Source: Malacoraja senta | Lineage: Eukaryota | Assembly: GCA_038087875.1 (NCBI GenBank) | Contig: CM075988.1 | Span: forward strand, 13,456,001 to 13,520,000 | Reading direction: 5' to 3' | DNA: 64,000 nt | In this document: piece by piece, positions 52,501 through 60,148 of the stretch | Numbering within the stretch: the stretch's first letter is position 1 | Layout: each line of letters opens with the position of its first letter | The notes under the pieces: generated by a model | What the model was told of the DNA's origin: nothing | The model's input: only the letters and a program-made list of their open reading frames with translations | Databases searched by the model: none | Made by a program: the position numbers and the translations under genes

Positions 52501-54440
52501 ATATTAACCAAAAGTAAAGCAGCAACATTTAATTAAAAAGCTTCCAAATATTTTATTTTGCTAATTTATCATTTTCTAACCCCATTCCCTAACTCTTCAG
52601 ATAATTTCAGACCACCTCCTTATATTTTGTTTTCTATGGAATGTATTTTTGGGGGGAAAAAAGGGCTTTGTGGTTAATTATTAATTACTATTATGGATCG
52701 TAAATTCATGGTGCAGTTTACTTTGTCTTTTTTAACCTATTGCAGGGTATACTGAGTGCCAGAAGCATTAGCTCAGTGGTAGCATGCTCATTTTTGAGTT
52801 AATAATAATAATACATTTTATTTATATAGCGCTTTTCAGGACTCAAAGTCGCTTTACATTGAGAATCAAGAATAAACAAAACAAAATAGAGCAGTAAGAC
52901 AGAGATGCAAAGGGGAGGGGAACATGGGACTAAGGGTATGCAGAGGTGAAGAGATGGGTCTTGAGGCAGGACTGGAAGATGGTGAGGGACTCAGAATTTC
53001 GGATCAGCTGTGGGAGTGAATTCCAGAGCCTGGGAGCTGCCCTGGAGAAGGCTCTGCCTCCAAAAGTGCAGAGGTTTGATTTCGGAGTGGAGAGGAGACC
53101 AGCTGATGTGGATCTGTGGGACCGTGAGGGTTGGTATGGGGAGAGGAGGTCAGTGAGATAAGGGGGGGCCAAGTGGTTGAGGGCTTTGTAGGTGAGGACC
53201 AGGATTTTGTAGATGATCCGGTGGGAAATGGGAAGCCAGTGGAGTTCTTTGAGAACTGGGGTGAAGTGGTGCCAGGATTTGGTGTGGGTAATGAGTCGGG
53301 CGGCTGCATTCTGGACCAGTTGGAGTCGGTTGATGTTGCTGGAATTGATGCCAAAGAGAAGAGAGTTACAGTAGTCCAGTCGGGAGGAGATGAAGGCATG
53401 GATGAGTCTTTCAGCAGTGGGGGGTGTGAGAGAGGATCTGATTTTGGCAATGTTGCGGAGGTGAAAAAATGATGTTTTGACAACATGGCGGATGTGAGGC
53501 TCAAGGGAGAGTTAGAAGGTTATTATTTAGTTTTGCAGCCAAGTCTTAAAGAACACGATTTAAACTAATCTTCCAGTATACCCTTGCTCTGCTTTTCATG
53601 TTCATTGTTAAACCACATCTTTTCAGGTAAGACACTAGCTGAGCAAGATAATTTGATGGTCTCTTGGTGACTTGACATACATTGTCATCAGTCAATCCCA
53701 CCAAGGCCTGATCATGTATTGGCCTCTTGTGGGACTTTGTTGTGCACATAGTAATATTGAAACAGAAATGCACTTTGTGGCTATGGTGTTGTTCAGTTTA
53801 GCGATACAGCGTGGAAACAGGCCCTTCTACCCACCGAGTCCGCACCACCCAACGATCCCCACACATTAACACACACTCGGGACAATTTACACTTACACCA
53901 AGCCAATTAACCTACAAACCTGTACATCTTTGGAATGTGGGAGGAAACCGAAGATCTCGGAGAAAACCCACGCAGGTCACAGGGAGAACGTTCAAACTCC
54001 TGTCGTGTTCAGAAGGTTGCAGCATCCAAACAAAGACAAGTAGGAAGGAAGGAGCAGTTTAAAAGCGCAAATTCTCCTTTGCTCAATTGTCAGAGCTCAA
54101 GTTTGCAATCAGTCATAGCCAGTAATGGTTGCTGTTGAAAACAGACTGCTCCTCCTTGTCTTGGTCATTCCTAAGGCTTGTCAGAGGGAAGGAAGCCAGA
54201 TGCACAAGAAGCCAGTTGGACAGAAAATCTAATGTGCTTTTTCACTAAGAAGTGATGTGCTTTAATTATTTTCTATTTTTAAATCGCCATCGCAGCCTAT
54301 GCTTTCCCCCTCATTTGTACGGCTTTCTTACACATTTCCTTTTCTTGTCAAATTAGATTGTAATATTTGAAGAGAGCAAAGCTGGAAAAACAATTGAGTT
54401 TGTTAATCGGCCTGACCTTGGACAAGCTGAACATGTGTGA
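1393..54440 (+). CDS. glb1l2: Beta-galactosidase-1-like protein 2 (GH35), whole gene span, 19 coding exons, 646 aa
   Basis: 19 GT-AG exons chain with consistent phases into 1941 nt with no internal stop. GH35 motifs: [130 protein letters not shown]1L2 vs GLB1L3 is a recognition call and needs a tree. Confidence 0.9.
1634..1680 (+). repeat. Perfect 20-bp tandem repeat (x2.3) next to (CA)n
   Basis: GCACTCTCAAGAGGCTGCAT repeated; (CA)n at 1569-1612. Confidence 0.9.
2278..3928 (+). mobile_element. Tc1-family DNA transposon (IR-DR type), full length, inactivated
   Basis: TA|CAGTGCCCTCC...GGGCACTG|TA; ~200-bp inverted repeats with internal direct repeat (CACAATGT-TGG-AC); transposase remnants inside. 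Confidence 0.92.
2625..3643 (+). pseudogene. Tc1 transposase pseudogene
   Basis: [14 protein letters not shown] region [24 protein letters not shown] linker, [28 protein letters not shown]; stops and frameshifts. Confidence 0.9.
5520..7900 (-). mobile_element. Older 5'-truncated Neptune-type Penelope-like retroelement (RT + GIY-YIG), frameshifted
   Basis: Minus-strand fragments [74 protein letters not shown]; homologous to the 24.9-34.3 kb array; 3' pLTR at ~5520-5625. Confidence 0.92.
7904..8079 (+). mobile_element. Solo right terminal inverted repeat of the same Tc1 family
   Basis: Matches 3767-3928 (CTACATGGTGAAACCAAAATGTAT...GATGGGTCTTTGTCCCAAAC..ATGGAGGGCA.TG|TA). Confidence 0.85.
8745..8875 (+). 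mobile_element. 131-bp Penelope pLTR-derived insert starting at the hammerhead core
   Basis: TSD CAACCTCTC 8736-8744 / 8876-8884; empty paralogous site at ~4520-4540. Confidence 0.9.
9068..9345 (-). mobile_element. HE1-like V-SINE
   Basis: Reverse complement of the 40639 family. Confidence 0.85.
10321..10620 (-). mobile_element. HE1-like V-SINE
   Basis: Reverse complement of the 40639 family. Confidence 0.85.
11683..11887 (-). mobile_element. Palindromic pLTR-derived insert (same subtype as the young array)
   Basis: TSD CAGAATAATAGGT 11670-11682 / 11888-11900; inverted arms with CCTTCGCTCCATAGATGCTGC. Confidence 0.88.
12170..12505 (-). mobile_element. Penelope-like 3' fragment (GIY-YIG C-terminus + pLTR) with inverted hammerhead cap
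   Basis: [51 protein letters not shown] on minus strand; TCTGAAGAAGGGTCTCGACC..GAAACGTC / TTTCGGGTCGAGACCCTTCCTCAG inverted pair at 12171-12230. Confidence 0.88.
13841..14140 (-). mobile_element. HE1-like V-SINE
   Basis: Reverse complement of the 40639 family. Confidence 0.85.
14180..14650 (+). mobile_element. Rex1/Babar-like non-LTR retrotransposon 3' fragment
   Basis: [49 protein letters not shown]. Confidence 0.82.
17001..17260 (-). mobile_element. HE1-like V-SINE
   Basis: Reverse complement of the 40639 family. Confidence 0.85.
18580..18777 (+). CDS. glb1l2: GLB1L2-like exon 2
   Basis: [16 protein letters not shown]...[36 protein letters not shown], 198 nt. Confidence 0.95.
18960..19470 (-). 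mobile_element. CR1-clade LINE 3' fragment
   Basis: Similar to 4090-4535 and 16360-16650 minus-strand CR1 pieces. Confidence 0.7.
19564..19632 (+). CDS. glb1l2: GLB1L2-like exon 3
   Basis: [33 protein letters not shown], 69 nt. Confidence 0.95.
19712..20640 (+). mobile_element. Rex1/Babar-like non-LTR retrotransposon fragment
   Basis: [81 protein letters not shown] tail. Confidence 0.85.
21030..21645 (+). mobile_element. CR1-clade LINE 3' fragment
   Basis: [38 protein letters not shown]; tail GATTGAATGGCGG...GATGGGC.GAATGGCC. Confidence 0.9.
21770..21865 (+). CDS. glb1l2: GLB1L2-like exon 4
   Basis: [43 protein letters not shown], 96 nt. Confidence 0.95.
23101..23325 (+). mobile_element. 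Palindromic pLTR-derived insert
   Basis: TSD GTTGACACT 23092-23100 / 23326-23334; inverted arms. Confidence 0.85.
23651..23759 (+). CDS. glb1l2: GLB1L2-like exon 5
   Basis: [48 protein letters not shown], 109 nt. Confidence 0.95.
24981..27045 (+). pseudogene. Penelope-like unit 1 (5'-truncated) RT + GIY-YIG coding region
   Basis: [56 protein letters not shown], CxxxxCxxC linker, LIYCIRC..C..IYIGET; 1-bp deletion at ~26928 shifts the last ~38 codons. Confidence 0.92.
27160..27196 (+). ncRNA. Minimal type-I hammerhead ribozyme-like motif, unit 1/2 junction
   Basis: CTGAAGA (27164) + A + stem GGGT-TTCG-GCCC + GAAAC + GTT; stem III reduced to palindromic AACGTT; stem I weak. Confidence 0.65.
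27327..31190 (+). pseudogene. Penelope-like unit 2, full-length ORF (~1290 codons) with a few lesions
   Basis: ATG 27327, N-terminal domain ([18 protein letters not shown]...KDLKLARL), Pro/Ser/Thr-rich repeat linker, RT, GIY-YIG ending NIEFSQFC*; TGAs at 28116 and 28488, homopolymer indels at ~28930, ~29638, ~30555. Confidence 0.9.
27894..28690 (+). repeat. Coding minisatellites in the Penelope linker (42-bp x2, ~24-bp x~7, 72/78-bp x~4)
   Basis: GACGC at 27894/27936/27978; [18 protein letters not shown] units 28119-28280; GGACCCCGACCATCGG at 28419/28491/28563/28641. Confidence 0.9.
31304..31340 (+). ncRNA. Minimal hammerhead ribozyme-like motif, end of unit 2
   Basis: Identical to 27160-27196; core CTGAAGA at 31308. 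Confidence 0.65.
31358..31557. other. Assembly gap (200 N)
   Basis: Run of N inside the tandem array. Confidence 1.
31558..34132 (+). pseudogene. Penelope-like unit 3 (5' part lost in gap)
   Basis: Linker reads in frame into RT (31718..32323 ORF); poly-C indels at ~32281 and ~33495; ends NIEFSQFC*. Confidence 0.9.
34246..34282 (+). ncRNA. Minimal hammerhead ribozyme-like motif, end of unit 3
   Basis: Identical to 27160-27196; core CTGAAGA at 34250. Confidence 0.65.
35053..35145 (+). CDS. glb1l2: GLB1L2-like exon 6 (acid/base Glu)
   Basis: [42 protein letters not shown], 93 nt. Confidence 0.95.
35368..35670 (-). mobile_element. HE1-like V-SINE
   Basis: Reverse complement of the 40639 family. 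Confidence 0.87.
36720..36801 (+). CDS. glb1l2: GLB1L2-like exon 7
   Basis: [38 protein letters not shown], 82 nt. Confidence 0.92.
36993..37278 (-). mobile_element. HE1-like V-SINE
   Basis: Reverse complement of the 40639 family. Confidence 0.85.
37438..37499 (+). CDS. glb1l2: GLB1L2-like exon 8
   Basis: TTACAG| (V)[26 protein letters not shown], 62 nt, phases 1 to 0 fit neighbours. Confidence 0.85.
38607..38688 (+). CDS. glb1l2: GLB1L2-like exon 9 (nucleophile Glu)
   Basis: [38 protein letters not shown], 82 nt. Confidence 0.95.
39485..39780 (-). mobile_element. Older V-SINE
   Basis: Diverged reverse complement (GGGGGCAATTTACAGTGG...GACAGCACCCAAGG..GAACCCAGGTCTCTGG). Confidence 0.7.
40361..40498 (+). 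CDS. glb1l2: GLB1L2-like exon 10
   Basis: [57 protein letters not shown], 138 nt. Confidence 0.95.
40639..40941 (+). mobile_element. tRNA-derived V-SINE (HE1-like), full length
   Basis: A-box GGTGGCGCAGTGG, B-box AGTTCGATCCC, V-domain GGAGTTTGCACATTCTCCCCGT, CR1-like tail GAAGGGCCTGTTTCTGCGCTGTATCTCTAAACTAAACTA. Confidence 0.9.
41121..41201 (+). CDS. glb1l2: GLB1L2-like exon 11
   Basis: ATTAG| (D)[32 protein letters not shown], 81 nt. Confidence 0.95.
42198..42293 (+). mobile_element. Short pLTR insert starting at hammerhead core
   Basis: CCTGAAGAAGGGTCTCGACCCGAAACGTCACC...TTTTGTGTCTATC. Confidence 0.8.
42661..42767 (+). CDS. glb1l2: GLB1L2-like exon 12
   Basis: TTGCAG| (D)[41 protein letters not shown], 107 nt. 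Confidence 0.9.
42929..43195 (-). mobile_element. Palindromic pLTR-derived insert
   Basis: Near-perfect TSD ATTTT(T/C)AACTTGT 42916-42928 / 43196-43208; two opposed hammerhead-like cores. Confidence 0.85.
43518..43750 (-). mobile_element. Penelope 3' UTR/pLTR fragment
   Basis: GGAAGGAACTGCAGA...TCGGGTCGAGACCCTTCTTCAGACTGAGAGT. Confidence 0.8.
45364..45510 (+). CDS. glb1l2: GLB1L2-like exon 13
   Basis: [36 protein letters not shown]...VRDRAQ |GTAAAC, 147 nt. Confidence 0.95.
46289..46360 (+). CDS. glb1l2: GLB1L2-like exon 14
   Basis: [36 protein letters not shown], 72 nt. Confidence 0.92.
47413..47685 (+). mobile_element. HE1-like V-SINE
   Basis: Same head/V-domain/tail as 40639. Confidence 0.85.
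47908..47986 (+). CDS. glb1l2: GLB1L2-like exon 15
   Basis: [38 protein letters not shown], 79 nt. Confidence 0.95.
49157..49244 (+). CDS. glb1l2: GLB1L2-like exon 16
   Basis: CTGCAG| (G)[34 protein letters not shown], 88 nt. Confidence 0.93.
49455..49706 (+). mobile_element. HE1-like V-SINE
   Basis: Same family as 40639. Confidence 0.85.
50283..50755 (+). mobile_element. CR1-clade LINE 3' fragment
   Basis: [25 protein letters not shown]...[10 protein letters not shown]. Confidence 0.9.
50953..51064 (+). CDS. glb1l2: GLB1L2-like exon 17
   Basis: [49 protein letters not shown], 112 nt; this AAG acceptor keeps frame, the nearby CAG does not. Confidence 0.85.
51245..51790 (+). mobile_element. 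Composite Penelope 3' end with inverted pLTR arms
   Basis: Inverted arm 51245-51330, sense arm to ~51405, GGTATGAATATTGAT..AACTTCAAATAA (GMNID..NFK*), 3' UTR and pLTR to ~51790. Confidence 0.8.
52043..52159 (+). CDS. glb1l2: GLB1L2-like exon 18
   Basis: [51 protein letters not shown], 117 nt. Confidence 0.95.
52805..53505 (-). mobile_element. L2-clade LINE 3' fragment
   Basis: Minus strand [44 protein letters not shown]; tail AAAGCGCTATATAAATAAAATGTATTATTATT. Confidence 0.88.
53792..54000 (-). mobile_element. HE1-like V-SINE, 5'-truncated
   Basis: Reverse complement of the 40639 family. Confidence 0.85.
54357..54440 (+). CDS. glb1l2: GLB1L2-like exon 19 (terminal coding part)
   Basis: [35 protein letters not shown]. 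Confidence 0.92.
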   Translation: MVIFEESKAGKTIEFVNRPDLGQAEHV

Positions 54441-55018
54441 AGATAAGAGCAAAGACTTTTTTTAAACTTTCCTATTAACTTTTTACATTCTGGTAAAGGA
54501 AAAGCAGCCAAGCGTACTGTGACTAACCAACACTACGTTTTGAATACTGAAATTAAATCATCTTTGAAATGTTTTGGATCAATTGATTTGAAATATAGTA
54601 TTGTCTATATTTAAAGTTTAAACGTGTTACGCTGTGGGTAAGTATATAGATGGCCATTATGCATTTTGAAATGTCTCTGCCCACATTTAATTAAGGTATT
54701 AACTTGTTTGAAATTAATAAGTATTAATTCACTGAATGAAAGGGTGAAATTCTAAGAACAATAGTGTGAGATTTATTCATTTGTGTACAGTATTTAAGGG
54801 AAAAAATCTATTGAGTATGTTGGGCCTTTTAATTTTCCCAGACGTAATAATTTTACATTTAACTAAATTTTTCATTCATTGGACATGAATTTGTATGGGA
54901 AGATTGCACTAAAGATGTGAAGATGTGAACATTTATAACTGCATATTCCATAATGCTCTCAAAATATTGTAACTAATGGAAGATTGTACAATTGAACAAA
55001 ACCTGGATGTCAAAGAAA

Positions 55019-55070
55019 ATTAAACCTCGCTCTTCCTTTGTTCCTGCTTGTTTGTGTGTAAATGTTTTGC
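55019..55070 (+). terminator. Probable polyadenylation signal (ATTAAA) with downstream U/GU-rich tract
   Basis: ATTAAA at 55019-55024 followed by CTTTGTTCCTGCTTGTTTGTGTGT, ending an AT-rich ~580-nt repeat-free 3' UTR. Confidence 0.55.
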
Positions 55071-55254
55071 TGGGATGAGTGGCTGGATATTAACAGTAAT
55101 CTTCCAGGACCTCTAAGTGACATGATGCTAAAATAAATGATTTGGGATTCCTAATAAGACCCAAGGAACTGCAGATGCTGGTTTACAAAAATGACACAAG
55201 GCACTGGGGTAACTCAGTGGGTCGGGCAGCATTTCAGGCCCCTTATCTGAGGTA

Positions 55255-55755
55255 GAATATGCTGCTGTTGGAGAGGGTTCAGAGAATGATAATCCCCAGG
55301 ATGATTGGGTTAATACATTGGAAATGTTTGAAGGCTCTAGACCTGTACTCGCTGGAGTTTGCAAGGGTGGAGGGGGATCTCATTGAAAGTTACCGAATAA
55401 TGGTAAGCCTAGCTAGACTGGATATGGAGAGGATTTTTCCAGTAGTGGTAAAGTCTAGGACTAAAGTGCACAGCCTCAGACGAAAAGGATGCACCTTTAC
55501 AATGGAGAAAACAATGAATTTATTTAGCCAGAGTGTGGTGAATATCTGGAATTCATGGCCACAGATGGCGGTGGAGGCCATGTCATTGGGTCTTTTTAAA
55601 GCAGAGGTTGATAGGTTCTTGATTAGTAAAGGGCGTCAATGGTTATGGGAAGAAGGCAGAAAAATTGGGTTGAGAGAGAAACATAATTCAGCCATGATTG
55701 AATGATGGAGCAGACTCGATGGGCCAAATGGCCTAGTTCTGCTCCTGTGTTTTAT
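55255..55755 (+). mobile_element. CR1-clade LINE 3' fragment
   Basis: LERVQR..IPRM..LYSLEFARVEGDLIESYRI...FSQSVVNIWNS. Confidence 0.88.
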
Positions 55756-58339
55756 GGAGATCATGGATAGGCAATGTTAAGGGTCCGGTCCAGACTGTTA
55801 GCTGTGTAAATGAATAAGTTGTCTCCATAGGTCAGCATTCTTCATAAATTCTGCAGGTAGAACCAAAGAAGTTATTAAACTACTTACTTCCTTTGGCAGA
55901 AAGGTCCAGATCTTCTTCTCATGGGATGTGTTGGCGGGTTTTAGTTATAACCTGATGTTGGAGGAAACCAGAGCACCTGAGACAACGCTTGCGATCACAG
56001 GGGAAATCTCCAAATTCCACACGGACAGCATTCGACGTCAAGATCATATCCTGGTGTCTGGAGCTGTGAGACAGCATCTCTACCAGCTGCACCACTGTAC
56101 TGCCCTTAACTTCCAAAGGTAAAAAGTAAAACCATTGAATAGAATGCAAGTTTATATAATTTAATTTAAAAAATACCTACAGTCAATTCAAGTCAGTTAA
56201 AATATTCTGTTAACTCAACCCCATATTTTGTTCTTGTGTTTAATCCAAGTTGTTTACTTCAAAGAGAAGATCCTAAAATCTAGTTTGTCCAACAACTACG
56301 AAGATAACGTAAATTTTCTTCAGTTTTCTTTTTATTTAGGGTTCTCCTTAAAACTAAAATGACATGATGAGGAATTGTGTGCAATCAACGGTACATTAAC
56401 ATGCAAAACAAAAAGTGCAATCCCCACAGAGACGGATAATGTTGCAATCTATGGAGAAAGGAAATCAAATACATTTATTACATAGCAAGAAAGAAAACAC
56501 ATTCTGATGTTCGGACAGCCTTCTCACCATTGAATTTTTAACAAAATGTTTTGGAACTAGCGGTTTTGGCAGCCTGGGTTTGAGGAATGTGTGGGGAAAC
56601 ATTTAGCAGTGACAACTGTGTGACTGGGACATGTAAAAATGAAGTTGCCATTCAGTGTCTGTATGTGAGCATTTTGAAACTTAATAAAAAAAATCTCAAC
56701 ACACTCACTTGATTAGATGAAGTCTAGGGTTGTGCCGTTTGGTAATATAGTTTTTGTGTACAACTAAAACAATTGCTGCACGGATCAAATCTCCTCATTT
56801 GCAGTTCTCGACACGACAGAATGCTGATGTTCACGAAATCTCCAGCTTTTACGCAGTACTTCAAAAGAAGATTTACAGCTCTAATTTAGCCTTGTCTCCA
56901 AAGCTGCATTTTTGCTCTGCCACCTGCTGGTGTTGAAGCCAATGGCAGGATGAACCTCTGTTTAATTTAGAAAGTTTTCAGCCCTTGCAGAAACATAGAA
57001 TTATCACAGTAGCAAAGGTCATTTGGCCCATCAAGTCTAAAAATTCCAATGGGGTACTCTCATAAGTCCCATTTTCCCTTTAGACCTGCAAATCTTTTTC
57101 ATATTTCATTATTGTAATGGAGTCCATTCAGCCTATCAAGTCTATACTGGTACTCTGTATAATCCCATTAATCACTTTCCTCTATTTCTGCCTTGCATGC
57201 CCATTAACCCCTCTTATTCTCCTGGTAGTGGAGACAATTTACAATAGCCATTTTACTTGGCCAAGTAGTGTTTCTTTTCTAAGAGTTCAGAGCAGCTAAA
57301 GGAAACATAGTCCCAGGGAGAATGCACACTCAACACAGACAGCACTGGGGGGGTGTCGACAACACCCTGTCACTGTGCCATTCAGGAGCCTGCCCAGTTC
57401 TTTTTTTTGAAAGAATGAATCACTGGGTTTCCATCACCTCTTTCGAAGAAGTTTGAGGCCATACAAATTGACTGTGTCAATTCCCCAATTGGAGAGGGCG
57501 AATAACACAAGGAAAAACAATAAATGATAGATATTAAGAAATGTAGAATGCCATGGATAACTTCAAGCCAGCCTGGCAAAAATACTCTTAGTTATCCAAC
57601 CGGTGACTTGGCAAAAATGGGTTATCAGAATCAAAATGTTAGTATGCCGAGAGGGAAAATTTGTTGCAAAAGGGGCTTTCTTACAAAGGGAAGTTCACTT
57701 ACTGGCTTAAAGTAAGAAAAAAATACAACGTGAACCAACAAATCAAAATGTGAGCACTTGAAGATTTTGCAACAAAAATGATGAAAAGGGGAAAACACTT
57801 GGTGATCACAGTGTAAAGGTGTCTTATAGAATTCATCAAATATTAGTTTGAATTTTTGGCAAGGTGAAAAGTCAGGAAATGATTTATTGATTTAAATGAG
57901 TGCTGATTTATTGCAGTTAGACTCTGGTGTTTGTGGCTCTGAGTTCCCTTGGCTGTCATAACCTGTAAACTGCAATGAAGAGTGTGTCTACATAATGTAA
58001 ATGTGAGCATGTTCTGTACAGATTGCGAATGTGAAATATAAATTGTCATCGTTTGAGATAGCTAGGATATAACTTATATTTTGAGAGTCTGGAAAGGGAA
58101 ACATCTGGGGAAAAAATCTAGGAACTGCAGATTATAAATGCCCTTCCCCATTCTCACCTCCTTGAAATCTATTTATCTTTAATTTCTCCCAGTTGTGATG
58201 GAAGTTATACAATTGTAATTGATAATTGATGACAGTTGCTGTCTAACCTGCTGAGGAATTCCAGCATTGTCTGTCTCAAGTTCAGATTTCGAGCATCTGC
58301 AGTATTTTGTTTCAGTATGAGTGTTTGAATTGATTTGTG

Positions 58340-58770
58340 ATGAGGGAGCACAGTAGAGGTTAAGGCTATATTCACTCGAATTTAGATGGTTGAGAGGGGA
58401 TCTTATAGAAATATATAAAATTCTTAAGGGATTGGATAGGCTAGGTGCAGAAAAAATGTTCCCCATGTTGGGGTCACAGTTTAAGAATAAGAGGTATGCC
58501 ATTTAGGACTGAGATGAAGAAAATCACTTTCACCCAGAGAGTTGTGAATCTGTGGAATTCTCTGCCACAGAGGCAGTGGAGGCCGATTCACTGGATGTAT
58601 TCAAGTGAGAGTTAGATATAGTTCTTTGGGCTAATGGAATCAAGGGATATGGGGGGAAAAGGAGGAAATGAGTTCTGATTCTGGATGATCAGCCATGATC
58701 ATATTGAATGGCGGTGCCGGCTCGAAGGGCCAAATGGCCTACTCCTGCACCTACTTTCTATGTTTCCATG
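58340..58770 (+). mobile_element. CR1-clade LINE 3' fragment
   Basis: TATATTCACTCGAATTTAGATGGTTGAGAGGGGATCTTATAGAA...TTTCTATGTTTCCATG tail. Confidence 0.85.
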
Positions 58771-59159
58771 GTGGGACTAATTCATGAGACCCATAATATT
58801 ATGGCCATGCTCGAGGGGGTAAATCTGAAGTCACACAGTCAATTTGTATAGCAGATCCCAAAACTACAACATGGCAGTGATAAGGGAACAGAAGGCTGCA
58901 AATTCAATGGCCTGGGTTCGAGTAATCTGAAAGCAAAATACTGCAGATGCTGAAAATTGCAGAAAAAAACCAGAACATTTGGGGGATATTCAGAAAGTCA
59001 ACAGCACCCGTGAAGGGTGAAACTAGATTTAAAGTTTCAGGTCAATGATTTTCCATCAGAGGTTTTCGACTCTCTCCACAGATAACACGTGGTGAGCTTG
59101 ATCCTGTATTTTTGTGTTCTTACTTCCTGACTACAGTCATCTATTATCTAATTTGATGA

Positions 59160-59535
59160 TAGACACAAAGCTGGAGTAACTCAGCGGGACAGGCAGCATA
59201 TCTGGAGAGAATGAATGGGTAACGTTTCAGGTCGAGACCCTTCTTCAGACAAAGTCAGGGGAAATCGAAACGAGAGATATAGACGATGATGTATAGAAAT
59301 ATAGAACAAATGAATGAAAGATATGCAATAAATTTACATTTCATTAATTTGTTCTATATGTCTCCACATCATCGTTTGTATCTCTCTTTTCCCTTTTCCG
59401 TGCTTTCAGTCTTAAGAAGGGTCTCAACCTCAAACGTCACTCATTCCTTCTCTCCAGGGATGCTGCCTGTCCCACTGTTACTCCAGTATTTTGTCTATCT
59501 TTGGTTTAACCAGCATCTGCAGTTCCTTCCTACAC
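59160..59535 (+). mobile_element. Long palindromic pLTR-derived insert
   Basis: 14-bp TSD ATCTAATTTGATGA 59146-59159 / 59536-59549; ~170-bp inverted arms around ~59330. Confidence 0.9.
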
Positions 59536-60054
59536 ATCTAATTTGATGAGGTGGGTGAGTGTGCATAATATGGAGAACTGCAATCATGGTAGGCTACCTG
59601 GCAAGGACAATGACAGTACCAGGGTGTATTGGTCCAATTTAGTCCTGTGTAGTTGTAAATTGAGGTTAATTAAATATGTATGGTTTCAGGCTAGGCTCTG
59701 CTAATGTCAAACCCATGCGTGATAAGGTTAATCACAAAAACCAGGATCTGCAACGGGTAAAATATGTATTCCCTGCCCCTTTAATGCAGTTGTATCTGTG
59801 TAAATATGAGCTCAAAGTAAAGTGGCCCTGGGTAAGCAGATAATGGTGGGTGGAGTGGATCATGTTGTTTAACTGCTGAGCACTTTACAGTTTTGTATCA
59901 TGTACCAGATGTCTTGCAAGCTGATAAAGACTGGTGTGAAGCATTGTGTGGCCTGCACAATGGTCTGGCCACTAACTTTGCCAATGTTTCAATAAACAAA
60001 AGGTAGCTTTCAAGTCCATTCTCTCCACATTCCACCCACTGTGTTCTGCTACAC

Positions 60055-60148
60055 CAGTCTGAAGAAGGGTCTCAACGCGAAACGTTACCCATTCCTTCTC
60101 CAGAGATGCTGCCTGTCCCGCTGAGACATTCTAGCATTTTGTGTCTTC
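60055..60148 (+). mobile_element. Short pLTR insert starting at hammerhead core
   Basis: CAGTCTGAAGAAGGGTCTCAACGCGAAACGTTACCC...TTTTGTGTC. Confidence 0.78.
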
